Source of the DNA: a virus | Taxonomy: Duplodnaviria; Heunggongvirae; Uroviricota; Caudoviricetes | DNA length: 64,000 nucleotides | Virus record (IMG/VR): IMGVR_UViG_3300014205_000201 | Direction: 5' to 3' (one strand) | Shown here: positions 10,449-19,382 of the stretch, piece by piece | Layout: every line of letters starts with the position of its first letter | How positions within the stretch are numbered: position 1 is the stretch's first letter | Position numbers and translations under genes: made by a program | Notes under the pieces: generated by a model | Seen by the model: only the letters and a program-made list of their open reading frames with translations | Told to the model about the DNA's origin: nothing | The model's database searches: none

Positions 10449-10721
10449 TCATTTTAATTCCTCCGATTTATCTGTATTACTTAACATTAGAAAAGTTAGG
10501 GGAAGTAAAGTACCAGAAAATATAATCCCCACAGTACATATTGGCATTAGGATAATAACCCATGCCCATTGAGTATTCATTATTTCTGGTTCTACCCAAC
10601 CAGGAGTAATGAAATTATTGTATTCGTTGAGGCCGATATAGCAATAAATTAAACCAATAATACAAAGGACTAGCCATATAGCTAGAAAGATTCTGGTGAT
10701 TGTTACTTTTCTATCTCTCAT
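10449..10721 (-). CDS. small membrane protein (90 aa, 3 TM)
   Basis: hydrophobic; SD GGAAGG. Confidence 0.45.
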   Translation of the reverse strand: MRDRKVTITRIFLAIWLVLCIIGLIYCYIGLNEYNNFITPGWVEPEIMNTQWAWVIILMPICTVGIIFSGTLLPLTFLMLSNTDKSEELK

Positions 10722-10821
10722 TGTTTATCCTTCCCTGTTGGTTTGTTTTTAAATAAATAATTATAGAAACATAAAATATCTCTATACCAGATATGAATTA
10801 ACTCCCAAAGAAATTCTTCCA

Positions 10822-11121
10822 TTAAGTTTCCCCTTCTGATTGTTTGTCTGAAACCGATAACAAACTTTTACGCAAAAACTTAGCTAAAGCCACTGGGGGA
10901 TTATACCATCTATAAGCGAGTTGGCTATGAGGTTCTAAATCTAATCCACCCCAAACTTGTTCATACCGTTCTGCTATCTGGATTTTTTTACATCTACGGC
11001 ATTGGCGTATTCCGTCTATGGAGTAATTAGTAAATGGTGTCTCATATTCAGTGTCTGGATATGTTATTGTTTGTGTATCGGTGCTTAATATATTCCAGTT
11101 TCTAAAGTGAAGGCAAAGCAT
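10822..11121 (-). CDS. zinc-ribbon protein (CRRCKK), C-terminus SVSDKQSEGET
   Basis: shares its 3' 20-bp repeat with the next gene. Confidence 0.45.
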   Translation of the reverse strand: MLCLHFRNWNILSTDTQTITYPDTEYETPFTNYSIDGIRQCRRCKKIQIAERYEQVWGGLDLEPHSQLAYRWYNPPVALAKFLRKSLLSVSDKQSEGET

Positions 11122-11123
11122 AG

Positions 11124-11399
11124 TTATTTTTCCTCTGTTTGTTTATCCGAAACCGATGGTGTTTTAAGAAGCCATAATCCTATACTCCCAAAGAACCCAA
11201 AAATGATCGGACCAAATACTAACAAGTTATGAATGTTCGTCATTGCTGTTTTGTATTCTGTCGGTGCATAGTCTGGTGCGGCTCCAAAGTTAGTTAAGTA
11301 AAGGGCGGTAAATAATACCGCTAATATCCAAGCTATTATCGTAGTAATTTTTATGGCTGTATGTTCTTCTCGTATTTTTGGTATGTTTAAAGTTTTCAT
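11124..11399 (-). CDS. small membrane protein; start taken at the internal Met (MKTLNIP). The track ORF extends to 11441.
   Basis: SD GGAGA and an IR motif precede the 11399 ATG; C-term SVSDKQTEEK. Confidence 0.45.
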   Translation of the reverse strand: MKTLNIPKIREEHTAIKITTIIAWILAVLFTALYLTNFGAAPDYAPTEYKTAMTNIHNLLVFGPIIFGFFGSIGLWLLKTPSVSDKQTEEK

Positions 11400-11749
11400 T
11401 ATCGTTTTGTCTCCATTTGTTCGTCGCCAGAATGGGTACAATTGTCAATTGTTTTTTTGCTAACTTCCTTACGAAAAGCCAACAAACAATAACATGCAAA
11501 GAAGCCCAACAAGAATGGTCGAGAAACAACATTCGTCATCAATACTAATAACCACACATTTGCCGGTTGAGTAACCGAAACAGGAGTTGTAGGAAAAGTA
11601 AAATAAGCATACAACCCAAATGCAGAGGGTATACTTATAATAACAATAGTAAAGACAAACATTCCAAGCCAAATATATTTCATATACGGTTGGATCTTTG
11701 CAAAGTTATTATCTTGCCATGCGCTTAACCGATTTTTAGAGACAGCCAT
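11399..11749 (-). CDS. small membrane protein (116 aa)
   Basis: 3 TM. Confidence 0.45.
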   Translation of the reverse strand: MAVSKNRLSAWQDNNFAKIQPYMKYIWLGMFVFTIVIISIPSAFGLYAYFTFPTTPVSVTQPANVWLLVLMTNVVSRPFLLGFFACYCLLAFRKEVSKKTIDNCTHSGDEQMETKR

Positions 11750-12042
11750 TATTTATTAACCTCATCGGTTTTTAGTTGCTGGCTAGCCGAATTAATCAGT
11801 AAATAAAGTGCTACACAAAACATGCAAACAGATAGCACAGGAACAGAAGCAGAAACGTAAATCAACATCACTAACTCTGTAGTTTCAACTGATGTACCTT
11901 GAACACCATTCCAAGTAACAATAAAGCTAGTAATCAGTATTATTGAGCATCCCAAAGCAATTGCAACTAAAATTAATTTGAGGAGATTCTTTTTATCCAA
12001 AGAAGCCATCTCCCAAAAATATATCTTGCAGATCTTTAGCAA
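11749..12042 (-). CDS. small membrane protein (97 aa)
   Basis: TM helices. Confidence 0.4.
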   Translation of the reverse strand: MLKICKIYFWEMASLDKKNLLKLILVAIALGCSIILITSFIVTWNGVQGTSVETTELVMLIYVSASVPVLSVCMFCVALYLLINSASQQLKTDEVNK

Positions 12043-12235
12043 ACTCTTTACCGGTACGTTTACCAGGTAATGTCTTCTGATATGCTAAGTCAGCTTGAGA
12101 ATTAAACAACTCAGGAAAATGTTTAGTGCCAAATGTAGAATTATATATAGCCACAATCTCTATGAAACTGTGGTCTTGTTTTTCCCAGAGTTTAATTGCT
12201 GTTATTCTAGCTTGCCGGTTAGTATCTTCACTCAT
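11993..12235 (-). CDS. hypothetical protein (80 aa)
   Basis: overlaps its neighbour; the start is uncertain. Confidence 0.35.
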   Translation of the reverse strand: MSEDTNRQARITAIKLWEKQDHSFIEIVAIYNSTFGTKHFPELFNSQADLAYQKTLPGKRTGKEFAKDLQDIFLGDGFFG

Positions 12236-12720
12236 TATTTTTCTTCCTCTTTATTACTGACTTTTGGGACACATTTGGCAGTTGATGTTACCCAAAGCTT
12301 ATTCTTGTTTTTATTCTTCATGAACTTTTCACGCATCGTAACAACAGCCTTCATATCTCGATGGATCTTAGCCCAAGACTCGTTATGGCATGCAGACGAA
12401 TTTGAACCGCTAATGTCATAATTCTTCTCATCACTAAAGCAATAGATAGAATGTTTACCCTCTGTTTCAGCCCAATGCAATGTTGCATCGCAGAACCATA
12501 TATCCCACTCAGGAAAAGTGTGGGCTTTATAATAATCTTTGAAAGGCATATTAACGAATACTTTACCACAGGTTTTGCAGAACACTAAATAGTGTTTACC
12601 CTCCATGGCTTGCTCAATTAGTTTTTCCATCTCAGGTTGCTTATTGCTAAGAATGAAAGCAGCCATCTCGTTTTGGTTAGCTCGTTTTAAGTCTGTGATT
12701 AGTTTATCTTTTGCGCTCAT
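12235..12720 (-). CDS. hypothetical protein with CxxC (161 aa)
   Basis: SD cctcc(rc) at 12731-12735 and an IR motif upstream. Confidence 0.5.
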   Translation of the reverse strand: MSAKDKLITDLKRANQNEMAAFILSNKQPEMEKLIEQAMEGKHYLVFCKTCGKVFVNMPFKDYYKAHTFPEWDIWFCDATLHWAETEGKHSIYCFSDEKNYDISGSNSSACHNESWAKIHRDMKAVVTMREKFMKNKNKNKLWVTSTAKCVPKVSNKEEEK

Positions 12721-12739
12721 TGTTTCTTTTCCTCCACAC

Positions 12740-12764
12740 TACCAGATGGATACAAACTGTCAAA
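12740..12764. promoter_or_regulatory. IR motif copy (taccagatggatacaaactgtcaaa)
   Basis: SD at 12731-12735, then the start at 12720. Confidence 0.5.
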
Positions 12765-12784
12765 TATTAAAAATGCTAAAATCA

Positions 12785-13033
12785 TTACCATTCAACCTCG
12801 ATTTTCTCAATTGTAGTAATAGCAGAAATAAAACATATTGCGCTAGGCAGAGTTAATATCAAAGCGGTTTGGTTCAATTTATCTGATAAACCTATAGAGG
12901 CTTTAGATTGAGTAAAGCCACTTCCGCTAATTGTATTATAGTCAGCAATCCAAACTGCCGAAATTGCAAGCGCTAACACTATCCCAAATAGTATCAGAGA
13001 GATACATAGTAATATCAAAGTTATTTTCTTCAT
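12785..13033 (-). CDS. small membrane protein (82 aa)
   Basis: TM; SD + IR motif upstream. Confidence 0.45.
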   Translation of the reverse strand: MKKITLILLCISLILFGIVLALAISAVWIADYNTISGSGFTQSKASIGLSDKLNQTALILTLPSAICFISAITTIEKIEVEW

Positions 13034-13347
13034 TCTTTTTTATCCTCCATACATACACTGCCAGATGTTGTGGAACTGGTGTCGTGAATGTTACTATATC
13101 TTCTATCGATGTCAGCTAATATCCAACCATATGTTTTATCAATATCACACATATTCAACGCGAAAGCTACAGTGATGCATAGGAGAGTTATAGCCAACCC
13201 AATAAAGATCAAAGTAGGTGGTGGTAGTATAACTATCGTTGGAATACTACATATCGATAATAGCCATCGGATGTTTCTACGCTTATCTAACTTTTTGGTA
13301 AGCGGATCATACAGATTGTGATATTCTTTTAATATCGTTTCAGTCAT
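13030..13347 (-). CDS. small membrane protein (105 aa)
   Basis: 2 TM. Confidence 0.45.
   Translation of the reverse strand: MTETILKEYHNLYDPLTKKLDKRRNIRWLLSICSIPTIVILPPPTLIFIGLAITLLCITVAFALNMCDIDKTYGWILADIDRRYSNIHDTSSTTSGSVCMEDKKE
13058..13084. promoter_or_regulatory. IR motif copy (ctgccagatgttgtggaactggtgtcg)
   Basis: SD at 13044-13048, then the start at 13033. Confidence 0.5.
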
Positions 13348-13351
13348 TTAT

Positions 13352-13729
13352 TTAAAACCCCCAGAAATAACTCGTTTTATATTCTAGTTCGTAGGCTAGC
13401 CCGTAGGTTTCGTTGAATATAGCGATGTATCCTTTGACGTTACTAATATATGCTTGATAAACTGGCATTTCAGTTGTAACTTGTCGTGTGAAGTAAACAT
13501 AATCGTCTGTGGTTTGAATAACTGTTGGGCTATTCACAACACCATCATAAACTGTATAGCCTTGAATTTGTAGATCGTGCTTTGCCTGAGCATTAACTGT
13601 ATCACGATTATTTGCAGTAGCATATATGCCGGCGAAAAGACCGCCGCATAATACAACAATAATAGTAATCATTGCGGCAAATATAACAAGTCCGCCGTAT
13701 TCATCCCAAAATCCCCATTCATGCCCCAT
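13352..13729 (-). CDS. small membrane protein (125 aa)
   Basis: TM helix after the N-terminal segment. Confidence 0.45.
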   Translation of the reverse strand: MGHEWGFWDEYGGLVIFAAMITIIVVLCGGLFAGIYATANNRDTVNAQAKHDLQIQGYTVYDGVVNSPTVIQTTDDYVYFTRQVTTEMPVYQAYISNVKGYIAIFNETYGLAYELEYKTSYFWGF

Positions 13730-14280
13730 TATTGTTTATCCTCCTTGCCAGTTAGCAGTATTGTTGGCACAGATTTTTTATACCATTTATAATGATTTGT
13801 TGAATGAGAAAATTTAGTACCATCCCAAATTGGTAAACGATAATATTTCCAGAATTGCTGTTTTTCTTGAGCCATCTCAAACAGAGCATAAAGTTCTTTT
13901 CTTCTCTGCTTTATATTTAAGTTATTAAGAACATGATTCGATTCTAAAAGATTAACCCATTCAAGATATATTTCAGCTATTTCCTTTTTCTGAATAAGAT
14001 AAGGAATAATATTAGGTAATATTATCTTTGCTTCATTTGAACGGAAACGTAGATAGTAAGTAAGAACTTTTCCGACTTCATGTTGCTCCTGTATCTTTCC
14101 CAACTTTAAAAGATATTGTAGGTCAAGCAAATTTTGTAGGTTCATATTTGAAATATTAAATTGACTCTCGCCACTTAAACGGTCTGTTCCGTTTATCTTG
14201 CGTTTACGTTGAGAGATATTAATACAACCCTCGCCATCAACAAAGCCAGCTAGATAAGCCCACACTGTTTCTGGTATCAT
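13729..14280 (-). CDS. free-standing LAGLIDADG homing-endonuclease-like protein (paralog of 9413-10051)
   Basis: WAYLAGFVDGEGCINIS; IILPNIIPYLIQKKE. Confidence 0.65.
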   Translation of the reverse strand: MIPETVWAYLAGFVDGEGCINISQRKRKINGTDRLSGESQFNISNMNLQNLLDLQYLLKLGKIQEQHEVGKVLTYYLRFRSNEAKIILPNIIPYLIQKKEIAEIYLEWVNLLESNHVLNNLNIKQRRKELYALFEMAQEKQQFWKYYRLPIWDGTKFSHSTNHYKWYKKSVPTILLTGKEDKQ

Positions 14281-14444
14281 TTTGTCAGCTTCCCTGAAAT
14301 AATTTGTATTTGGTCGCCAGTAATCTTTAGACTAACTTTTACACTCTTAGTCACTTTATCATAAACATAAACGAAGTGAGTATCAATTGTAGGTTCATAA
14401 TATGAGTGTAATCCTCTAAATCGTGCTTTAGTTTTGTCAGACAT
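14277..14444 (-). CDS. small protein; start taken at the ATG at 14442-14444 (MSDKTKAR). The track ORF uses a GTG at 14459.
   Basis: ATGA overlap with the LAGLIDADG gene. Confidence 0.35.
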   Translation of the reverse strand: MSDKTKARFRGLHSYYEPTIDTHFVYVYDKVTKSVKVSLKITGDQIQIISGKLTK

Positions 14445-14492
14445 TATTTGCACCCACACAATATTTGCTTATTAATGCTAATAAGGTTATCG

Positions 14493-14726
14493 CTACCTCG
14501 GCAGTGAATTGTCAGATTGTTTCGGATTAAGAAACTCTTGAGTAAAAATTCGTTTTATCGCTTCTGGCGCTTCGTGGTCTTTTACTATCGCGATATAAGC
14601 ATCAGTTAAAGCGTCTGCGGTAGCATGTGCATAAGTTGATCCATAGAAGCGATAAGCTGCTTTATAGGCTTGTTCTCGGAATTTCTCGGCTTCTTTATCA
14701 ACAAGTTTTTCCCAGTCGGCGCTCAT
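14493..14726 (-). CDS. hypothetical protein (77 aa)
   Basis: co-directional packing. Confidence 0.4.
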   Translation of the reverse strand: MSADWEKLVDKEAEKFREQAYKAAYRFYGSTYAHATADALTDAYIAIVKDHEAPEAIKRIFTQEFLNPKQSDNSLPR

Positions 14727-14998
14727 GATTCTACCTTCTTAATTGGTTTATCGTAATTGTTTAATGAATCAATAAGATCCCCAACTACGGTTGCAGCATA
14801 GACAGGGTTAGATGATATACGAACTAAGTATTCACGTTCTCCATTAAGCCACTCCACCATAGCCTCTTTGACTTCCGATTCAAAGAACAGCTTTTCTTTC
14901 TGTCTTCGTGTGAAGCATATATCTTCACTTCTGCGAAGTCGGCAGTATAGCCAACCCCTTCTATTTAGAATTGTCGTAAAGTTTGGTTCTTCGCTCAT
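14723..14998 (-). CDS. hypothetical protein (91 aa)
   Basis: 4-nt overlaps with both neighbours. Confidence 0.45.
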   Translation of the reverse strand: MSEEPNFTTILNRRGWLYCRLRRSEDICFTRRQKEKLFFESEVKEAMVEWLNGEREYLVRISSNPVYAATVVGDLIDSLNNYDKPIKKVES

Positions 14999-15462
14999 TG
15001 TGGTTTTCCCTCACCAGTTGGTGTAATTCTGTCAGTTGATGGAAATAGAGAATTGAATTGATCCTTCACTAATTCAAGTAACCCCTGGGCATGTTCGATA
15101 TTATACATCCCATCATCATTGAGCCATTTACGAAATGCCTCAACTTTATTGTCAGCCAGTTTGGGTTTCTCAAGATGATACTGCTTACTAAAGCGGTTTA
15201 CTATTTCATAACCATCTGCAAGCATCGCATCTAGATTAGGTTGCGCTCCTGTTGTTGTTAACTCATAAATGAAAACATTGCTAACTTGTTTAGGTGGAGT
15301 AACGGTAACTGGTTCGATAAACTCAGTGTATTCTTTTGATTGACAAAATGGGCAAACATAACTCTCTAATGTTGTTTCGCCTACTGCAAGACCTGAGCGA
15401 ATTTGTTTAGCTGTATGAACAAAGGTTTTCTTACATTCGTTATTTAGGCATTGATACTTCAT
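14995..15462 (-). CDS. zinc-ribbon protein (CLNNEC...CPFC), 155 aa
   Basis: two CxxC pairs; IR motif upstream. Confidence 0.5.
   Translation of the reverse strand: MKYQCLNNECKKTFVHTAKQIRSGLAVGETTLESYVCPFCQSKEYTEFIEPVTVTPPKQVSNVFIYELTTTGAQPNLDAMLADGYEIVNRFSKQYHLEKPKLADNKVEAFRKWLNDDGMYNIEHAQGLLELVKDQFNSLFPSTDRITPTGEGKPQ
15011..15036. promoter_or_regulatory. IR motif copy (tcaccagttggtgtaattctgtcagt)
   Basis: 13 nt upstream of the start at 14998. Confidence 0.55.
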
Positions 15463-15752
15463 TTCACTATCTCCTTAGCTTTATCACCAGTAAGTTCTGA
15501 ACTGTCGGTTACTACACCGTTTGAAGCAAAAACAGGATTATTCCTCTGAGAATAACCTACGATAGTAAAGATTATCCCAGCAAAGAGAAATATGCAGCCA
15601 CCGAGAAAAGATAGGTTCCCAATGTTCTGGAACCCGCTGCTAACTTGAGGATAGTCTAATGCTACCTGGAACGTTGCGAAGCTAGCGCCGAAAAGAAGCA
15701 AGCTACCAATCACCATTACGATTCCGCCAATCATTATATTATTTGTTTTCAT
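15459..15752 (-). CDS. small membrane protein (97 aa)
   Basis: 2 TM; SD GGAGG + IR motif. Confidence 0.45.
   Translation of the reverse strand: MKTNNIMIGGIVMVIGSLLLFGASFATFQVALDYPQVSSGFQNIGNLSFLGGCIFLFAGIIFTIVGYSQRNNPVFASNGVVTDSSELTGDKAKEIVK
15484..15508. promoter_or_regulatory. IR motif copy (tcaccagtaagttctgaactgtcgg)
   Basis: 22 nt upstream of the start at 15462. Confidence 0.5.
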
Positions 15753-16186
15753 TACTTTTGTTCCTCCACAGTTTTATTGCCAGTTGACAATGAAGTGGTG
15801 GCAGCATCTTTCTTTTCTTGTGCTAATGCATAAAGCTGCTTAGCGGCAGCAAAACAAGCTAATACCTGAACACCAGATAAATTAGCGTTATAACGTTTAT
15901 TAGGAACTACTCTGGCATCAGATGGACATGCTTGTTTAGCAACAGCCCATAAAAGATTCGCGGGCTTGGTTGGATCATGAATAACTGTGGTCTTATGAAT
16001 CTTCTCATTTAATCTATCCTCAACTTTCTTGTTTAAAGCCTTAAGATTCTTTTTAGGCAATTTTAGGAGTGCATCTACTTCTGGATTGCGAAGCTGTAAT
16101 CGCTTAACTAATGGGGCGATGATGTCTAGTTTTTCTTGTTGTTCGGCTTTAGATTGTTCACGGATAACTTCAAGGGCTTCAGTCAT
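15752..16186 (-). CDS. hypothetical protein (144 aa)
   Basis: co-directional packing. Confidence 0.45.
   Translation of the reverse strand: MTEALEVIREQSKAEQQEKLDIIAPLVKRLQLRNPEVDALLKLPKKNLKALNKKVEDRLNEKIHKTTVIHDPTKPANLLWAVAKQACPSDARVVPNKRYNANLSGVQVLACFAAAKQLYALAQEKKDAATTSLSTGNKTVEEQK
15778..15801. promoter_or_regulatory. IR motif variant (tgccagttgacaatgaagtggtgg)
   Basis: then SD GGAGG and the start at 15752. Confidence 0.45.
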
Positions 16187-16391
16187 TGTCGATTCTGTTC
16201 CTGTTTCTTTTTAGCTCGATAGACACGTTTGTCATCACGCCATTTTTGGCGTATTACTTGTTTAATTTGTTCAGGTGATAACTCCATATGTTAGCATCCT
16301 TTTTTGTCTAAGACCTTATTGTCCGAGACCGCATTTAAGGTTTGCTATCGCTTGCTTGATTTAAATATTAAAAACAATTATTACCATAAAA

Positions 16392-16595
16392 CTATAACTT
16401 CTTTGTAATCTTTACACGTTCACGCCATCGATGGATGTAATCCGCAAGCATATCATAAAGTTTTTTTGCAATGTTTGTGACGAATACTGTGAAGACAGTC
16501 ATGCATCCGAGAGTGGTGTAATCAATTGTTGACATGCTAATAGTATAGGACAAAATGTACTTAAAAAGATATTCAAATAAAAAAAGAGAAGTCAA
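16392..16595 (-). CDS. small membrane protein (67 aa)
   Basis: TM. Confidence 0.4.
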   Translation of the reverse strand: MTSLFLFEYLFKYILSYTISMSTIDYTTLGCMTVFTVFVTNIAKKLYDMLADYIHRWRERVKITKKL

Positions 16596-17128
16596 GGAGC
16601 TAACTGAACATCGTCAGTATGTGTAACAACAGTATCTCCGTTATCAGCATTTTTATAGTATTGGTAAGTAACAGTATAGTTTAGGCCAATAGCATAGTTA
16701 GCGTTGCCCTCAATTACAAAACTGTTACCATCTGAAAATAATATATGAGTATTAGATACTGATCCGCCATAGCCTGTTTGATCGTAAGTTATTACTGCTA
16801 GAGTACCTGTAAAATGACCTATTTGTATTGTAGGTGTAGGCTGTGCGGTTGGTAATCCTAAATCAATATTGTTTCCAGCACCAGAAATAAGTACAGTCCC
16901 TATGATAAGCGCTAAGGCAAAAATAGAGATAACCGCTATAATTGGAATAATGCTTATGCCAGAAGGACTAACTGAGCCGCTGTGATAGCTGTATTCTTTT
17001 GTTTCCTCTTCAATTGCTTCTTCTTCATTTTCTTGTTCTTCTTCTGGTTCTAAATCTTCTTTTGGTTTAGTAGGTTCTGGCTTCTGCTTTTGTTCTGGAT
17101 TTTTTCCAACTTTTCTTAAATCTCTCAT
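16592..17128 (-). CDS. membrane-anchored protein with an acidic N-terminus (178 aa)
   Basis: Glu-rich N-term, one TM, beta-rich C-term. Confidence 0.5.
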   Translation of the reverse strand: MRDLRKVGKNPEQKQKPEPTKPKEDLEPEEEQENEEEAIEEETKEYSYHSGSVSPSGISIIPIIAVISIFALALIIGTVLISGAGNNIDLGLPTAQPTPTIQIGHFTGTLAVITYDQTGYGGSVSNTHILFSDGNSFVIEGNANYAIGLNYTVTYQYYKNADNGDTVVTHTDDVQLAP

Positions 17129-17153
17129 AGATAAATCTCCATAAAATAAAAAA

Positions 17154-17309
17154 TTAGAGTTTATCGATAGTGACTCGAACTTTATCTTCAGCCTTAATTA
17201 AGCTTCTAGCTGCTTTAGGCACAGCTAAACGCCCATCATTACCAAAGATACCTTCAAGCACTATACGTTTCTCAGTCGCTTCAATGATTTTTACAGATTG
17301 TTTCGGCAT
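17154..17309 (-). CDS. AbrB/MazE-type swapped-hairpin DNA-binding mini-protein (51 aa)
   Basis: hand-translated: MPKQSVKIIEATEKRIVLEGIFGNDGRLAVPKAARSLIKAEDKVRVTIDKL. Confidence 0.5.
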   Translation of the reverse strand: MPKQSVKIIEATEKRIVLEGIFGNDGRLAVPKAARSLIKAEDKVRVTIDKL

Positions 17310-17554
17310 ATTTTAAACCTCAGTGTGATAAGATGTTCTCCTGTATCTTCCGCTAGCCTCCGCAAAGCCACACTTGACGGCCATGATAGGAGAGAATCAA
17401 GCTTGCATATCCAGACCTTGATGCAAGATTGGTCTTAGGCGTTGATTCCGTTTTGAGGCTGGATGCCTTTTGAATTAGCAAAGTGGACATGGGGTTCCGC
17501 CTTGCATATTTTAAGGCAACAATGTGGCAGATTGGAAGTTGTTGGAAGCATATC

Positions 17555-17812
17555 TCAGGACATCTTATCGAAGCGTTTGTATCTTTGTAGTATTCCGCGC
17601 ATGGTTTCCATTTGTCTTCTGGCTGCTTCTGGTTCAAGGAGAGGATCTTTTTGCGTGTCAACGATTTGTGTTAGTTCCAGGATTGTGAAGCATAGTTCTT
17701 CTATGGTTCTTTCAGGGGTGTTTAGTCCTGTGGTTTTTGCTAGATCCGTCAGGATAGATAAAGCTCTTGGGCTTAAATCGCCCAAGTTTATGGTTTTTTG
17801 GTTTGTAGACAT
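17555..17812 (-). CDS. hypothetical protein (85 aa)
   Basis: between the SPFH gene and the AbrB-like gene. Confidence 0.4.
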   Translation of the reverse strand: MSTNQKTINLGDLSPRALSILTDLAKTTGLNTPERTIEELCFTILELTQIVDTQKDPLLEPEAARRQMETMRGILQRYKRFDKMS

Positions 17813-17825
17813 TTGTTAGGTTCTC

Positions 17826-19250
17826 CTATACTATGTCTGAATCATATCCAGTGTTTGATCCTTTGGTTTCGGCTTTTGGTTTTTTGGTAACTGATGGGGC
17901 TGCGGTTGCAAGTTTTTCAACGGTGTCAGTTGCGTTAAGGATTGGGGATGTGTTCTTGCCAATGTTTTCTAGGATCTTGTTGATGTCTAATCCCATATCT
18001 TTTGCTACTTCGGACATTGTGCCAGCGCCAAATCCAGTTTGAGGATTAAGGATGCCACTATCTGCACCACTGTAGACTTTTATTTGCGCTTGTTTCATCG
18101 CTTCTGCCCATGCGTTTGCTTGTACTTTTTTGATTTCAACTGTTGCTTTGATTACTTCTAAGCCCATACCTGCATCGTTATATTTTTTCATTGCGTCGGC
18201 GCGTTTTTCGGTTGCGGCTGCTTCTGCAAATCCAGTGGCTTGAACTACTGCTGCGTTGGCTTCACCTTGTACTTGTTTGACTTTTGCTTCAGCTTGCCCT
18301 TTTTGATATGTTGCTGATGCTTCTCCTTCAGCCTTGGTGATTGTTGCTTGTCTGTCGATTTCGGCTTGGCCCACTGTTAATGCGCGTTCGGCTTCGATTT
18401 GTTTGGCGTTTGCTCTGGCGGTTGCTTCTTGTACTTGTAAGTCTTTTTCTTTAGCCTTTAGTTGTACTGCTTTGTCTTTTTCTTGTTCTTTGATACCGAT
18501 GGCTTCTTGTGTTGCGATTTGCGCTTCTCTGTAAGCTCTTTCGTTTGTTGCTTTGTTTACTTCTGATTCTTTTTTAGCTGTTGATTCTACGATTGTTGCT
18601 TCTTTTTCTTGTCCGGCGACTGCCTTTCGGGTTTCGGCGTTGATGATGCTTGATTGTCTTTCTTCTAAGTCATGGATGACTGTGTAGCCTTCGATATCTG
18701 AGAAGTGGATGACTTCTAATTCGATTACTTTCATGCCCCATTCGCCAAGTTCTTCGTTGACTGCTTTTTCTACGCTTTCGCTAAATTCTTTGCGTTTCTT
18801 CATAATGTCAATGATTGTGTAACCCATAGACATGTTTCGGGTGACTGCTTTGATTACGTTGCTTACATCACTGTCAACTTCTGTTAGGCTAACTTTTGTG
18901 CTGACTCTTTCTGATGCTTGAAGCGGATCGGTTATGTTTAGCCATGCTACCACATCGCCTGCGAACTTTGCCATGTTCATATCGCGTAGAGGGATGTTGT
19001 CTACTTTGATTTGTAAGTTTTCTAATGGTATCTTTGAGATTTGCTGTATGATTGGTATGCGCCAGTAGCTTGAGCCTGAATAGCCTGTGCCTTCGCGGGT
19101 ACAGTAGATGCGTCTACCTTTTGATCTGGTTACGACTACATGCGCTTCGTTAGGGGGTACTACGGTGTAGCTTGATTTTACTGCCAATAGTACGATGACT
19201 ATAGGGATTACTATTGCCAATAATGGCAAGATAATGTCTGTTTCGCTCAT
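17826..19250 (-). CDS. SPFH/band-7 (flotillin-like) membrane protein, 474 aa
   Basis: N-terminal TM, SPFH-like core, long E/A/Q-rich coiled-coil flotillin-type C-terminus. Confidence 0.65.
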   Translation of the reverse strand: MSETDIILPLLAIVIPIVIVLLAVKSSYTVVPPNEAHVVVTRSKGRRIYCTREGTGYSGSSYWRIPIIQQISKIPLENLQIKVDNIPLRDMNMAKFAGDVVAWLNITDPLQASERVSTKVSLTEVDSDVSNVIKAVTRNMSMGYTIIDIMKKRKEFSESVEKAVNEELGEWGMKVIELEVIHFSDIEGYTVIHDLEERQSSIINAETRKAVAGQEKEATIVESTAKKESEVNKATNERAYREAQIATQEAIGIKEQEKDKAVQLKAKEKDLQVQEATARANAKQIEAERALTVGQAEIDRQATITKAEGEASATYQKGQAEAKVKQVQGEANAAVVQATGFAEAAATEKRADAMKKYNDAGMGLEVIKATVEIKKVQANAWAEAMKQAQIKVYSGADSGILNPQTGFGAGTMSEVAKDMGLDINKILENIGKNTSPILNATDTVEKLATAAPSVTKKPKAETKGSNTGYDSDIV

Positions 19251-19382
19251 TTATTTTCTCTTCCGTTTATTAGGTGTAATTTAGGTATATGTACACCGCT
19301 TAAAAGGTTTTGGGTATAACAACTAAGGAATATAAAAGCAAAAGTTAAATGCATAAACCAACAAACGTTAACTTGATATATA

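Noticed and set aside
17833-18534. Plus-strand ORFs 17833-18042 and 18334-18534 inside the SPFH gene
   Set aside because: They are antisense to a well-supported 474-aa SPFH gene, are Ala/Ser-rich by composition, and have no start context.
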